DNA of 30,309 nucleotides, taken from positions 1 to 30,309 of the forward strand of contig JACZST010000002.1 in assembly GCA_022574065.1 (NCBI GenBank), given 5' to 3'. Positions 17,288-26,732 of the stretch are shown here, piece after piece. This DNA is from Acidobacteriota bacterium (GTDB taxonomy: Bacteria > Actinomycetota > Acidimicrobiia > Spongiisociales > UBA5794). How positions within the stretch are numbered: position 1 is the stretch's first letter; the number at the start of each line of letters is the position of its first letter. The notes below the pieces were generated by a model, which did not search any database, had not been told where the DNA came from, and saw only the letters and a program-made list of their open reading frames with translations. Position numbers and translations under genes: made by a program.

Positions 17288-18429
17288 GGCTCGATCACTC
17301 GCAGTGACCGGTCGGAGACCGTCAACATATCCGCGCCATCGGCGGTCACCACGAGAGCGTCCTCGACCATCATCCCGCCCCAGCCGATCTCGTAGTAGGG
17401 CGTCTCAAAGCAGAAAACCATTCCTGACTCCAACACGGTGGGCCATGCTGGGGCCACCACCGGACGCTCGTAAACCTCGGTGCCAATGGCATGGCCGCAG
17501 TGCTGGCGACGGTATGGAATGAGTCCGGAGTCCTCCACCGCGGACACCGCTACATCGAAGAGGTGCTCTGCCGAGATGCCGGGTCGAACCGTTTGCAGTT
17601 GCGCTTCCTCTCCCGCCAGAATCGCCGCGTATCGAGATGCCACGAGATGGTTCGGCTCACCCACGACGGCTGTGCGTCCAATGTCCGACCAGTAGCCCTC
17701 GAAAGTGCATCCCACGTCGAAACGCACCAGATCGCCCTGCCGAAGCACCCGGTTCGTCGGTCGCGCATCCGAAAACGCGCTCCGAGGACCTGATGTCACC
17801 ACGGTGAAGCGAGGAAATCCTCCACCGGCGGCCATGGTAGTCGCCACCGCCTTCGCCAATTCGAGCTCCGATATGCCTGCACCTGCTGTCTCGATTGCGG
17901 CGTCGATGCCTTGCTCGGCAAGCCGTGCAGCCACACGCAGTCGCTCAACCTCTTCCGGTAACTTCACGGCCCGGCGGTCATACATCCAGTCGGTGGCGTC
18001 GAGCGGCTCAGCTCCCACACTCGAGATCGCCGGAGCAAGATCACTCGCACCGGCGTCGAACCCAACCCGTCCGGCGATGTTGGCCCGAGACATGGCGTCG
18101 GTCACGGCTTCCTGAAAAGACTCGTGTCGCCCGGTGAGTTGCGACTCAGGAGCCTCACCGCCGACAGATTCAAAGTAGAAGGTGCCAAACGGAATGTAGG
18201 TCTCGGCGGAGATACCCGCCTCGAAGGCCGCAGCCCCGTCCGATGCGCCACCCACCACAAAGGTCTGGTCGCCAGACATCAGGACGAGCATCCGATGAGA
18301 TTCGAACAGATCACCGGCGACGCTTCGGTAGCCCGTCGAATAGCCGATATGCGTTTTTGACCCGAGCGCGAGCCAGTCGTAGGCAGATTCATCGAGGGCC
18401 GCACGTAGCTTCGCCGCGGTCTCGATCAT
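17284..18429 (-). CDS. M24-family (Xaa-Pro peptidase/creatinase fold) metallohydrolase
   Basis: KLPEEVERLRVAARLAE, with all five metal ligands: FDVG, SDIGRT, GHAIG, FETP and VEDAL. Confidence 0.92.
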   Translation of the reverse strand: MIETAAKLRAALDESAYDWLALGSKTHIGYSTGYRSVAGDLFESHRMLVLMSGDQTFVVGGASDGAAAFEAGISAETYIPFGTFYFESVGGEAPESQLTGRHESFQEAVTDAMSRANIAGRVGFDAGASDLAPAISSVGAEPLDATDWMYDRRAVKLPEEVERLRVAARLAEQGIDAAIETAGAGISELELAKAVATTMAAGGGFPRFTVVTSGPRSAFSDARPTNRVLRQGDLVRFDVGCTFEGYWSDIGRTAVVGEPNHLVASRYAAILAGEEAQLQTVRPGISAEHLFDVAVSAVEDSGLIPYRRQHCGHAIGTEVYERPVVAPAWPTVLESGMVFCFETPYYEIGWGGMMVEDALVVTADGADMLTVSDRSLRVIEP

Positions 18430-19460
18430 GCGCGACCCTTTCGCCCATACGGAGCGATGACCTGCTCAGAGAATTGCTCCATGGCTTCCAAAGTCTCCGC
18501 GACCGTGTTGGTTGCAAAAAGCAACCCCGCAAAAGCCTCGACTCCCGACTCCAGGTATGCCTGCACTTGCTCAGCCACATCATCTGGCGTGCCAACGAGG
18601 TTACGCATCTCGAGGGAGTCGGCGAGTCGGCCTTTCATCGTCGAGGTCCCAAGAGAGGTGAGATGGGTCTGGATCTGGGAGGAGCGAAAGCGCTCGACGG
18701 CCCCCTCGTGGCTGTCGTGAATGGAAACCGCTAGCTGCATCGCCGCCTCGAAGGGGCGGTCCGCAACGATGTCCGACTCATCCTCGAGAAGGCGAATCTC
18801 GTTCAACCCTGCGGCGTATTCCGGCGGCGTCAGGCACGCCGGCAGCCATCCGTTCGCCCTCGTCGCTGCTCGACGGCGAGACGCTGCTGAGTTGCCTCCA
18901 GACAGGATCGGCAGAGGACTCTGAACCGGCTTGGGGTAGCTCTCGATGTCCTCGAAACAGATGAACTCTCCCGAGTAGGTGGCGCGCCGTTCTGAGAACA
19001 GGACATCAAGCGCCGCAAGGAACTCATCGGCATAGCGTCCTCGGTGCAGATCGCGCCCCGGGTACATAGCCTCGAACTCTTCTCTGTAGGCGCCAACACC
19101 AACACCAACAATCATCCGCCCATTCGAGAGTTGGTCGAGCGTTGCCACCTGTTTGGCCGCCATGACCGGGTGATGGAACGGAGCCACGAGGACACAGGTG
19201 GCCAACCGAAGCGTCGCCGTTGAAGCTGCAACATAGGCGAGATACGTCAGCGGGTCGTAGAAGCGAGGCGGTTCGTCGAAGGCTCCCCTGATGTATTGCT
19301 GGGTTGACACGTGGTCGTTGCCCCAAACAGAGTCGAAACCGAGCCGTTCCGCAGCCACGGCAAGTTGGACAGCCTCATCGACATCAGCGAACGGAATCGG
19401 GTACATCAGTCCTTCGGTGGCCGTCGGAACTCCGAGTCCGAAGCGCGGCGTTCCGCTCAC
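18426..19460 (-). CDS. LLM-class oxidoreductase, probable F420-dependent (Rv2161c-like)
   Basis: AERLGFDSVWGNDHV, DPLTYLAYVAASTATLRLAT, HPVMAAKQVATLDQLSNGR, PKPVQSPLPI and GWLP. GTG 19460 has AGAGGA upstream; ATG 19508 is an alternative start. Confidence 0.88.
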   Translation of the reverse strand: MSGTPRFGLGVPTATEGLMYPIPFADVDEAVQLAVAAERLGFDSVWGNDHVSTQQYIRGAFDEPPRFYDPLTYLAYVAASTATLRLATCVLVAPFHHPVMAAKQVATLDQLSNGRMIVGVGVGAYREEFEAMYPGRDLHRGRYADEFLAALDVLFSERRATYSGEFICFEDIESYPKPVQSPLPILSGGNSAASRRRAATRANGWLPACLTPPEYAAGLNEIRLLEDESDIVADRPFEAAMQLAVSIHDSHEGAVERFRSSQIQTHLTSLGTSTMKGRLADSLEMRNLVGTPDDVAEQVQAYLESGVEAFAGLLFATNTVAETLEAMEQFSEQVIAPYGRKGRA

Positions 19461-19498
19461 CGGTCCATCCTCTGTGCTTGAAGCCGCGGAGGTCGATT

Positions 19499-20488
19499 TT
19501 AGAGCCATGGCATTACCGCGTCGGCGGTGAGACGGACGATGTCGTCGACTCGATCGGTTGCGACCGGGTATAGGGCAACCGAGTCGGCACCGGCGTCGTA
19601 GAAGCCCTTTATCCTCGCAGCGCACTCTTCCGGCGTACCGGCGATGGTCAGATCGTCGACCCACTGGTCGGGCATCCCTGCCAGCAGCGCGTCGTATCCA
19701 CCGGTGGCGATGAGCGCATTGAGCTCGTCCGAGATTCCGTACACGTCGGTTAGGGCGTTGGCACCGTGCTGCCCATAGAAGGCGAGTGTTGTCTTGGCAG
19801 ACTCGCGAGCTGCGGCCCCGTCTGCATCCACGGAGTAGATGGCAAACACAGTGATCGGATGATCGTCGGTGCGGCCGCCCCGCTTCCGCCCTTCGTTGAT
19901 GCGGTTTCTCGCCCATTGCACGTATTCGTGACTGGCGGCAACGGACAGCACCGAACCATCGGCTACCTCTCCCGAGAGTCGGAGCATTCTTGGTCCTGAT
20001 ACGCCCATGCGAATCGGGGTCGGCTTGCCCACCTCAGGGTAGGTCAGAGTCACGTTTTCGAATGTGTACACCTGGCCGTCCTGATGCACCGTCTCGCCGC
20101 GCAACAAGCTCTTGACGCTGGTGACGCACTCACGCAAAGCCGCCAGCGTCGACGGCGGGTACAGACCCATCTGACGTACCCACGCCGGCACCCCCAGCCC
20201 GATGCCGGCGATCAGGCGATTAGGGTGCACACGCGAGATCGTCGAGATCTCCATCGCGAGCAGGGCAGGGTGGCGAGCCATCGCTGAAACCACGCCGAGC
20301 CCGACTTTGACACGAGAAGTACTGTCAAGGGCGAGCGCCACGCCGGAGATGCCTCCGGTGGAGAAGAAGTCCTCCGCCAGCCAGACCTCGTCAAATCCGG
20401 ACGCCTCTGCCGTTGCGGTCGCACCGGGGACCTGCCCCGGCGCAATCGCGCTACCAATCACCAAACCCAAGCAATGCTGAGTGCTCAT
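19499..20488 (-). CDS. LLM-class flavin/F420-dependent oxidoreductase (Mer-like)
   Basis: AEASGFDEVWLAED, RHPALLAMEISTI, IAGIGLG, PIRMGVSGPRMLRLSGEVADG, IAGTPEEC and GADSVAL. Confidence 0.9.
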   Translation of the reverse strand: MSTQHCLGLVIGSAIAPGQVPGATATAEASGFDEVWLAEDFFSTGGISGVALALDSTSRVKVGLGVVSAMARHPALLAMEISTISRVHPNRLIAGIGLGVPAWVRQMGLYPPSTLAALRECVTSVKSLLRGETVHQDGQVYTFENVTLTYPEVGKPTPIRMGVSGPRMLRLSGEVADGSVLSVAASHEYVQWARNRINEGRKRGGRTDDHPITVFAIYSVDADGAAARESAKTTLAFYGQHGANALTDVYGISDELNALIATGGYDALLAGMPDQWVDDLTIAGTPEECAARIKGFYDAGADSVALYPVATDRVDDIVRLTADAVMPWL

Positions 20489-20570
20489 TCGGCACGCCTC
20501 ATTTCGTTCTTTGGAAACGGTCTAGGATCGAGTGATAACTTGGGACCAAAGGAATGGAGGCCACAAGACA

Positions 20571-20951
20571 ATGGGATCCAAAGACGATGCCCGGCTGCTC
20601 GTCGATCAGATCGTGGCTGCCTACAACTCGTGCGACGTTGATGCACTCGTAGCGCTCTATCAACCCGACATCACATATTGGAGTGCTCTCGATGGCCTGC
20701 AAACGGGCATCGACACGGTGCGAGAGCATCTCGATCACCTCCGCGAGACACTGCCGGACGACCAGATGCAGGCCCAGACGATCATCACCGACGGGGAGCT
20801 GGTCGTCGTCGAGTTCGAGAGCACTGGAACAAACCCGGCGGGCCAGCCATACGCGATCGAATTCACCGAGGTATTCGAGCTACGTAACGGCAAAGTGGCG
20901 TCGATCAAGGCATACCTCGATCCTGAAGAGGTAACAAACGCGATGAGCTGA
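20571..20951 (+). CDS. NTF2/SnoaL-like protein, antisense to both neighbours
   Basis: 126 aa with IVAAYNSCDVDALVALYQPD...DGELVVVEF...FTEVFELRNGKVASIKAYLD, and GGAGG upstream of ATG 20571. Confidence 0.88.
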   Translation: MGSKDDARLLVDQIVAAYNSCDVDALVALYQPDITYWSALDGLQTGIDTVREHLDHLRETLPDDQMQAQTIITDGELVVVEFESTGTNPAGQPYAIEFTEVFELRNGKVASIKAYLDPEEVTNAMS

Positions 20952-20963
20952 AGCCGGGTGCCA

Positions 20964-21917
20964 TCAGCCCGATGCCGCCAGTGTCGGCACCGCGAAGCAT
21001 TCGACATCGTGACCCGATGTAAACGTCTCCAATTTGGGCATCTCCTCCCGACACCGCCCATGGACAAGTGAGCAGCGGTCCTGAAAGGCGCAGCCCGCGG
21101 GAACATCAGCCGGATTAGGGGTTTCCCCTTTGAGAATGATGCGGCGGGTGCGTTGGTTCGGATCGAAGGAAGGCACCGCCGACAGCAGGGCCTTGGTGTA
21201 CGGATGCTGAGGAGACTCGAACACCTCCTCCGTCTCAGCGACCTCGACAACACGTCCCAGGTACATGACGGCAACGCGATCAGCGATGCGTCGCACCGTG
21301 CTGAGGTCGTGGCTGATGAACAGGTAGGCGACATTCCGCGCGCTCTGGATCTCGCGCAGTAGCGATATTATTCGGCCGCGAACCGACTGGTCCAGCGACG
21401 ACGTTGGCTCGTCGAGCACGACAAGCTCGGGTTCGCTCATGAGGGCCCTCGCCATGGCGATTCTCTGCTGCTGGCCTCCGGAGAGCTCTCGGGGAAGCCG
21501 CGACTTGTAAGCCGGACCTAGACCCACCAGTGTCAGAACCTCGTCGACTTCCTTCTCGATATCGGAGCGGCTGCCCCCTTTCATCAGCTGGAGAGGCTCA
21601 CGAACGGTGGTACCCGCTCTAAATCGTGGGTTCAGCGACGAATCCGGATGCTGGAACACCATCTGAATCCGACTGCGGAAGCCTTTGCTGCCCACCAGAT
21701 CCTCCAAGCGCTGGCCATCGAAAATAACGTCCCCGGCGGTTGGGGCTTGCAGTCCTACCACAATGCGGCCGAGGGTCGTCTTGCCACACCCGGACTCTCC
21801 AACGAGGCCAACCGTCTCTCCTCGGTGCACCTCGAGATCTACGCCTCGCAAAGCAGGGACCGCCTTGGACCCGTGCCCGAAGACCTTGTGCAGGCCTCGT
21901 ATCTCAAGAAGTGACAA
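20964..21917 (-). CDS. Oligopeptide/dipeptide ABC transporter ATP-binding protein (OppF/DppF-like)
   Basis: [31 protein letters not shown] and [11 protein letters not shown] start after AAGGAGG. Confidence 0.95.
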   Translation of the reverse strand: MSLLEIRGLHKVFGHGSKAVPALRGVDLEVHRGETVGLVGESGCGKTTLGRIVVGLQAPTAGDVIFDGQRLEDLVGSKGFRSRIQMVFQHPDSSLNPRFRAGTTVREPLQLMKGGSRSDIEKEVDEVLTLVGLGPAYKSRLPRELSGGQQQRIAMARALMSEPELVVLDEPTSSLDQSVRGRIISLLREIQSARNVAYLFISHDLSTVRRIADRVAVMYLGRVVEVAETEEVFESPQHPYTKALLSAVPSFDPNQRTRRIILKGETPNPADVPAGCAFQDRCSLVHGRCREEMPKLETFTSGHDVECFAVPTLAASG

Positions 21918-22848
21918 CGCGGCCCTCCTTGTTCAGAAAACATGCAGAAGCGTGACCGTCGCCGATGGCAAAAAGCGGAGGGAACTCGTTGCATGCGTGA
22001 TAGGCATGAGGACAGCGATGTGAGAAGCGGCACCCTTTGAGCGCGAAGTTGACTCCGACATCGATCACCCGGTGATCAACCTCCTTGTCGGTAGCCTCGA
22101 GGAGGTAGCGCGTATACGGATGCTCCGGATCATCTAGAAGATCGGTGATACCGGCTGTCTCCATGATCTGTCCCCCGTACATGACCACGACGCGACCACA
22201 CATCTCGGCGACGGCGGCGAGGTCGTGGGTGATAAACAGCACACCACATCCGATCTCGGCGACGAGGGAGCGGATCAGATCGAAAATCTGTGCCTGGATA
22301 GTGACGTCGAGAGCTGTCGTCGGCTCATCGGCGATCAACAGCCGAGGCCTGCACGCCATTGCCATTGCGATCATCACCCGCTGGCACATTCCACCCGATA
22401 GCTGGTGGGGGTAAGCACGCGCCACTCGGTCGGCGCCGGAGATGCCGACGCGCCGAAGCATCTCAATGGAATGGGCCTTGGCGTCTTTCTTGCCGAGATC
22501 CTGATTCGTCTCCAGCACCCGGGCAACCTGTCGACCGGCCCTCATAGTGGGGTTGAGGGCGCTCCGTGGCTGCTGGAAGATCATCGAAATATCTGCCGTC
22601 ACTCGCTCGGAAGCCCGATCAGCGTCTGCCAGCTCCAGATTCTCGAGCTTGATGCTTCCGCCGCGGAGCTCGATGCCGTTGGGCAGCAACCCAATGACAG
22701 CGAGTGCCGCCATGGTCTTACCAGACCCAGACTCACCGACAATTCCCAGGACCTCACCCGCCTTGACGTCGAAGTTGACATCGCGCAGGAGGAGGTGCGG
22801 CGATCCAGCTACCCCCACGCTGAGGCCTTGGACTTCGAGCAGGCTCAA
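21904..22848 (-). CDS. Oligopeptide/dipeptide ABC transporter ATP-binding protein (OppD/DppD-like)
   Basis: [35 protein letters not shown] and [11 protein letters not shown] 22848 overlaps the permease stop (TTGA) after GGAGG. Confidence 0.93.
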   Translation of the reverse strand: MSLLEVQGLSVGVAGSPHLLLRDVNFDVKAGEVLGIVGESGSGKTMAALAVIGLLPNGIELRGGSIKLENLELADADRASERVTADISMIFQQPRSALNPTMRAGRQVARVLETNQDLGKKDAKAHSIEMLRRVGISGADRVARAYPHQLSGGMCQRVMIAMAMACRPRLLIADEPTTALDVTIQAQIFDLIRSLVAEIGCGVLFITHDLAAVAEMCGRVVVMYGGQIMETAGITDLLDDPEHPYTRYLLEATDKEVDHRVIDVGVNFALKGCRFSHRCPHAYHACNEFPPLFAIGDGHASACFLNKEGRVVTS

Positions 22849-23738
22849 GACGCAGCCTCCCCACCGAACTCGTCGCCGATGAAGTGAAAGGCCATGACGG
22901 CGAGGACGATCATTCCGCCCGGAAACATTGATGTCCACCACTCGCCGGTGATTATGTCCTTTGCGCCTTCACCCACCATCACCCCCCACTCGGGGGTGGG
23001 TGGCTGGATTCCGACGCTGAGAAATGCCAGTCCTGCGACCGTCAGCACTGCGTATCCGGTGACCAGCGTGGCACCGACGACCGATGGCCCCAATGAGTTC
23101 GGCAGGACGTGGCGGAACGCCACACGCATTGAACTATTACCAGCCAGTCGCGCCCCGTCCACGTATTCGAGCTCGCGTTCCTTGAGCACCTGAGCGCGCG
23201 TCAGACGGATGAAGTAGGGCACGAACGCAACGGACACGGCGAGGATGACGTTGACCATGGTCTCCTCGAGTGCGGCAACGATGATCAACGCCAGCACAAA
23301 TCCAGGAAAGGCCAGGACCACGTCGGTCAAGCGCATTATGACCTCGTCGGTCGAACCGCCGAAGTAGCCGGCGATGACCCCGATGAATGATCCCACCGTC
23401 AAGGCAAGCAATGAGATCGTGATGCCGATCGTGAGATCGAGACGAGCAGCGTGAACCGAGCGCGCAAACACATCACGCCCGAACCTGTCCGTACCAAACC
23501 AGTGGGCGGCTGAGGGTGCCTGGAAGGTGTTGGCCGGGTCTGTGGACAGGGGGTCGCCCACAAGAAACGGGCCAACAATCGCCAGGCCGACAAGGAGCAC
23601 CAGCAGAGACACGCCGACGACCAGCAGCGGCTTACGCCGCACGAAGCCGAGAGACATCTTGGTGCGCGACTGCCGGTCTGGGCCCTCAAACTCCTCTGGG
23701 ACGAACTCGGGGCTGCGATCTGGGACCGTCTCGGTCAT
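22845..23738 (-). CDS. ABC transporter permease (OppC/DppC-like)
   Basis: HWFGTDRFGRDV, EYVDGARLAG, RHVLPNS, LAFLSVGIQPPTPEWG and WWTSMFPG. Confidence 0.95.
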   Translation of the reverse strand: MTETVPDRSPEFVPEEFEGPDRQSRTKMSLGFVRRKPLLVVGVSLLVLLVGLAIVGPFLVGDPLSTDPANTFQAPSAAHWFGTDRFGRDVFARSVHAARLDLTIGITISLLALTVGSFIGVIAGYFGGSTDEVIMRLTDVVLAFPGFVLALIIVAALEETMVNVILAVSVAFVPYFIRLTRAQVLKERELEYVDGARLAGNSSMRVAFRHVLPNSLGPSVVGATLVTGYAVLTVAGLAFLSVGIQPPTPEWGVMVGEGAKDIITGEWWTSMFPGGMIVLAVMAFHFIGDEFGGEAAS

Positions 23739-24760
23739 GTCGACGCTGAACCCCCCAGTCGGATGCGCGGGTCGGCGAGCGCGTAGGCGACATCAATCAC
23801 GATGTTGAGGATCACGTAGAGAATCCCCACCAAGATCACAAAGCCCTGGAGTGATTCGAGGTCACTGGTCGAGATCGCGTCGAACGCGTATCTGCCCACG
23901 CCCGGCCAGGAGAAGAGAAACTCAACGATGATATTTCCTCCCAGCATGAAACCCAACACAATGCCGATCGTGGTGATCACAGGGATCAGCGCGTTCCGAG
24001 TGCCGTCAACTAACAGCATGCGCATCCGCGGTACGCCGACGGCCTTCGCCGTGCGGATGTAATCACTGTCGAGAGCTTCGATCATCGCGACTCGCACCAT
24101 CTTCAGGATCGACGCCGCCAGCACGAAGCCCAGGGTAAACACCGGGAGCGCCAGATAGCGCACTGCCTCCCAGGCGACGGCGAACTGGCCGGAGAGCACC
24201 CCATCGATCGTGTAGAAGCCGGTGACCGTCGGAGGGGGGGCCGTTCCCACGGCGAGCCGATCCACTGGACCCGGAAACCAGCCGAGACCGAAGGCGAAAA
24301 AGAAGATCAAGAGAAGGCCCAGCCAGAACAGAGCCATCGACGACCCGATCACCGCGAAGAAACGCGCGGAGTTGTCGAGCCAGGAGCCCTGCCTCGCCGC
24401 CGCGACGATCCCAAGTGGAACCCCGATCAGAACCGCCAACAACACCGAGTAGAGGGCCAGTTCGAGCGACGCCGGAAGCCGATCCAGTAGCTCGCCGAGC
24501 ACCGGCTGGTTGGTGCGGATCGACACTCCGAGATCGCCGCGTACGAATCCGGACATGTAGTCGACGAATTGTTCGGATATCGGATCGTTGAGACCGTACT
24601 GGTCAGCGATGTACTGGATTCGCTCCTCGGTTGCATACGGGCCCGCCCGCAACGACGCTGCGTCGCCGGGAACGACCCGCACGATGAAGAACACCACTAC
24701 CACAATACCAAAGACGGTCAGAAGGCTTATTGCGAACCTCTTGGCCAGATACCGTCGCAT
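23735..24760 (-). CDS. ABC transporter permease (OppB/DppB-like)
   Basis: VRVVPGD, GDLGVS, RLPASLEL, LPVFTLG, DYIRTAKAVG, NIIVEFLFSWPGVG and DVAYALADPRIR. Start set at ATG 24760. Confidence 0.95.
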   Translation of the reverse strand: MRRYLAKRFAISLLTVFGIVVVVFFIVRVVPGDAASLRAGPYATEERIQYIADQYGLNDPISEQFVDYMSGFVRGDLGVSIRTNQPVLGELLDRLPASLELALYSVLLAVLIGVPLGIVAAARQGSWLDNSARFFAVIGSSMALFWLGLLLIFFFAFGLGWFPGPVDRLAVGTAPPPTVTGFYTIDGVLSGQFAVAWEAVRYLALPVFTLGFVLAASILKMVRVAMIEALDSDYIRTAKAVGVPRMRMLLVDGTRNALIPVITTIGIVLGFMLGGNIIVEFLFSWPGVGRYAFDAISTSDLESLQGFVILVGILYVILNIVIDVAYALADPRIRLGGSAST

Positions 24761-24774
24761 GCCCACCTTTGATA

Positions 24775-24810
24775 GCAGTGTGGCGGCGCGCTTGGGCGCC
24801 GCCACACTGC
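24775..24810. other. Perfect 15-bp stem-loop between the SBP and first permease genes (probable mRNA-stability or attenuation hairpin)
   Basis: GCAGTGTGGCGGCGC (24775-24789), a 6-nt loop and GCGCCGCCACACTGC (24796-24810). No U-tract follows on the coding strand. Confidence 0.8.
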
Positions 24811-24826
24811 CTACCTAGATTGTGTG

Positions 24827-26521
24827 TCAGTTCTTCGAGAGGTTCTCGAACCTCGGAACTTCGGTGAAGTCCTTGGTTACACCGGTGATATTCGCCCCAG
24901 TCGCCAGAATCCAATCCTCAGACCACAGGTAGATCCGATTGGCATCTTCAACCATCAACTGCTGGGCCTCGAGCCCCAGCTCGTTGCGCCGCTGCTGATC
25001 AGTCTCGAACGTCCCCTCGGCGATGATCTCGTCGAGGCGTTCGTTGCAGCCATCGGCGAAGTTGGTGAACGCGCCGCATTTGGCGAGGAAGGTCATCTGG
25101 TAGAACGGGTCGTCGCCCCATGAGAACCACTCGGTGAAGAACATCGCAAATTCGCGGCCATTCAATTTCTCACTGTACTCACCTTGGGGCAGCACATTGA
25201 TGTTCACGGTGATCCCGATCTCCCTGAGGGCATCCTGGATAAACACCGCCGCCTCCTGGTCCTGGGACCGCGCGTTCTGCACCGCCAGCTCGACCTCGAA
25301 GGGGGCGACTCCGGACTCATCCATGAGTGCCTGCGCCTTTGCCAGGTCAGTCGTGTAGATCCCGGCGGCATCACCCTGATAGGTTTCCATGGGAGACGTG
25401 ATGAGCGTTCCGGCCGTGGAAGCGAAACCAAACATCACGTTGTCCAGAAGAGCCTGGTAGGGGACCGCGTATGAGATCGCCTGACGAACCAGCTTGTTGC
25501 TGAGGTTGGGGTCGGTTGTGGCGTTCATCCCGATGTAATTGACCCGTGTCGACGGTGCGGTATACACGTTGATGTTCGGATCGTCCGCTAACTCGCTGAC
25601 CAGCCGTGGCGGCAGGCCGACGGCGACGTCGATGTCGCCGTTCTGGAGCAGCAGTGCTCTCTGCTCGGCGTCTGGGATATTGCGCACGATGATGCCACCA
25701 TTGGCAACTTGACCGGGCCAACCCGGGTTGGGATCCAGAATGACCTCACCGCGGGCCTGGTCCCAACTAGTCAGCGTGTAGGGGCCTGAGGCGTTGGCGT
25801 TGGTTGTGAAGTAGTCGAATGCGAACGGATCCTCCTCCGTCGCCTGTTCGTTAGCGAGGGACTCCTGGAGTGGGCCAAACACCTGGAACGTCATGAACCG
25901 GCCGAATAGCGCGGTTGGCTGATTCGGTGTGATCGTGAAGGTCAGTTCGTCGACCACTGTGAACGCATCCGGCGAGTCGATCGCAATAAAGGGCAGCAGC
26001 AGAGGGATATAGCTCCCCGGCGCCTCGATGCTGCGTCGGAGCATGTAAACCGCGTCCGCAGCTGTGATGGAATCACCGCTGGCAAACTTGGCGTCCGGGT
26101 TGAGCGTGAAGGTGGCTGTGCCGTCGTCCGCAACTTCGTAGGAATCCAGTAACGGGCTGGGCACGACTTCGCTCGTTCCGAGCCGGGCACCACCCTCGTC
26201 GACGTACACCTGATCGAGGAAAGGCTGATAGAGAGCTCTAGTCACTGCATAGGAGCCGGTGCTCCGGAACAGGTGCTGCTCGAGGATGTTGATGTCTGTC
26301 GACAGAGAAACGATGATCTTCTCCGATGTCGGAGCCGGCACCTCAGTGGTCGCGGGGGCATCCGGATCCGGTGCATCCGTCGCTGGCGGTGCCGTGGTAT
26401 CGGTTGCCTGTGTGGTATCCGCCGGCTCGGCATCCTCCCCACACGCGGCTGCAACGAGCGCCAAAGCCAGTAACACCGAAGCGATCAGCAGGGGTCGGAA
26501 TAGCCTATTTCCTGTCATCAT
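24827..26521 (-). CDS. ABC transporter substrate-binding lipoprotein (family 5, DppA/OppA-like)
   Basis: Signal peptide and lipobox LVAAAC, a T/A/P/D-rich linker, LNPDAKFASG, SGPYTLTSW, VRQAISYAVP and AKAQALM. Confidence 0.93.
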   Translation of the reverse strand: MMTGNRLFRPLLIASVLLALALVAAACGEDAEPADTTQATDTTAPPATDAPDPDAPATTEVPAPTSEKIIVSLSTDINILEQHLFRSTGSYAVTRALYQPFLDQVYVDEGGARLGTSEVVPSPLLDSYEVADDGTATFTLNPDAKFASGDSITAADAVYMLRRSIEAPGSYIPLLLPFIAIDSPDAFTVVDELTFTITPNQPTALFGRFMTFQVFGPLQESLANEQATEEDPFAFDYFTTNANASGPYTLTSWDQARGEVILDPNPGWPGQVANGGIIVRNIPDAEQRALLLQNGDIDVAVGLPPRLVSELADDPNINVYTAPSTRVNYIGMNATTDPNLSNKLVRQAISYAVPYQALLDNVMFGFASTAGTLITSPMETYQGDAAGIYTTDLAKAQALMDESGVAPFEVELAVQNARSQDQEAAVFIQDALREIGITVNINVLPQGEYSEKLNGREFAMFFTEWFSWGDDPFYQMTFLAKCGAFTNFADGCNERLDEIIAEGTFETDQQRRNELGLEAQQLMVEDANRIYLWSEDWILATGANITGVTKDFTEVPRFENLSKN

Positions 26522-26578
26522 CTACCTCCCATGAGTCGGACGGCCATGCATCAGCACGCTGCCTACAAGCCATTGATC

Positions 26579-26611
26579 GCATATTATAACAAGTATTAGG
26601 AAGGGGGTCGT
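26579..26611 (-). promoter_or_regulatory. Extended -10 promoter (TGnTATAAT) for the ABC operon
   Basis: Minus strand TGT-TATAAT with the hexamer at 26588-26583, about 60 bp upstream of the SBP start. The -35 position at 17-bp spacing coincides with the IS insertion point. Confidence 0.7.
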
Positions 26612-26732
26612 GGGCTTCCCCTCGAATCGTGGAGGGTTTCTGATAGCTGGTCGGATCTTCTCATAGGTCGGCACCGTGGCGCAATCGGAGCGGACTCCGC
26701 GGGCGTGAACGCCATCTGTGAGAGGCCGGTTT

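Noticed and set aside
16049-18429. Ectoine/hydroxyectoine catabolism (EutB/EutD-like pair plus aminotransferase)
   Set aside because: The M24 protein keeps all five metal ligands, the PLP enzyme is ThrC-like with a Cys-rich N-terminus, and no EutE, EutC or ectoine-type transporter is present.
24775-24810. Intrinsic terminator
   Set aside because: No U-rich tract on either side and it lies inside a co-directional ABC operon; kept only as a stability or attenuation hairpin.
26330-26430. Thr/Ala/Pro-rich quasi-repeats in the SBP (and DTTTTTTQ at about 29485-29510)
   Set aside because: Ordinary low-complexity linkers after lipoprotein anchors, not DNA repeat arrays.
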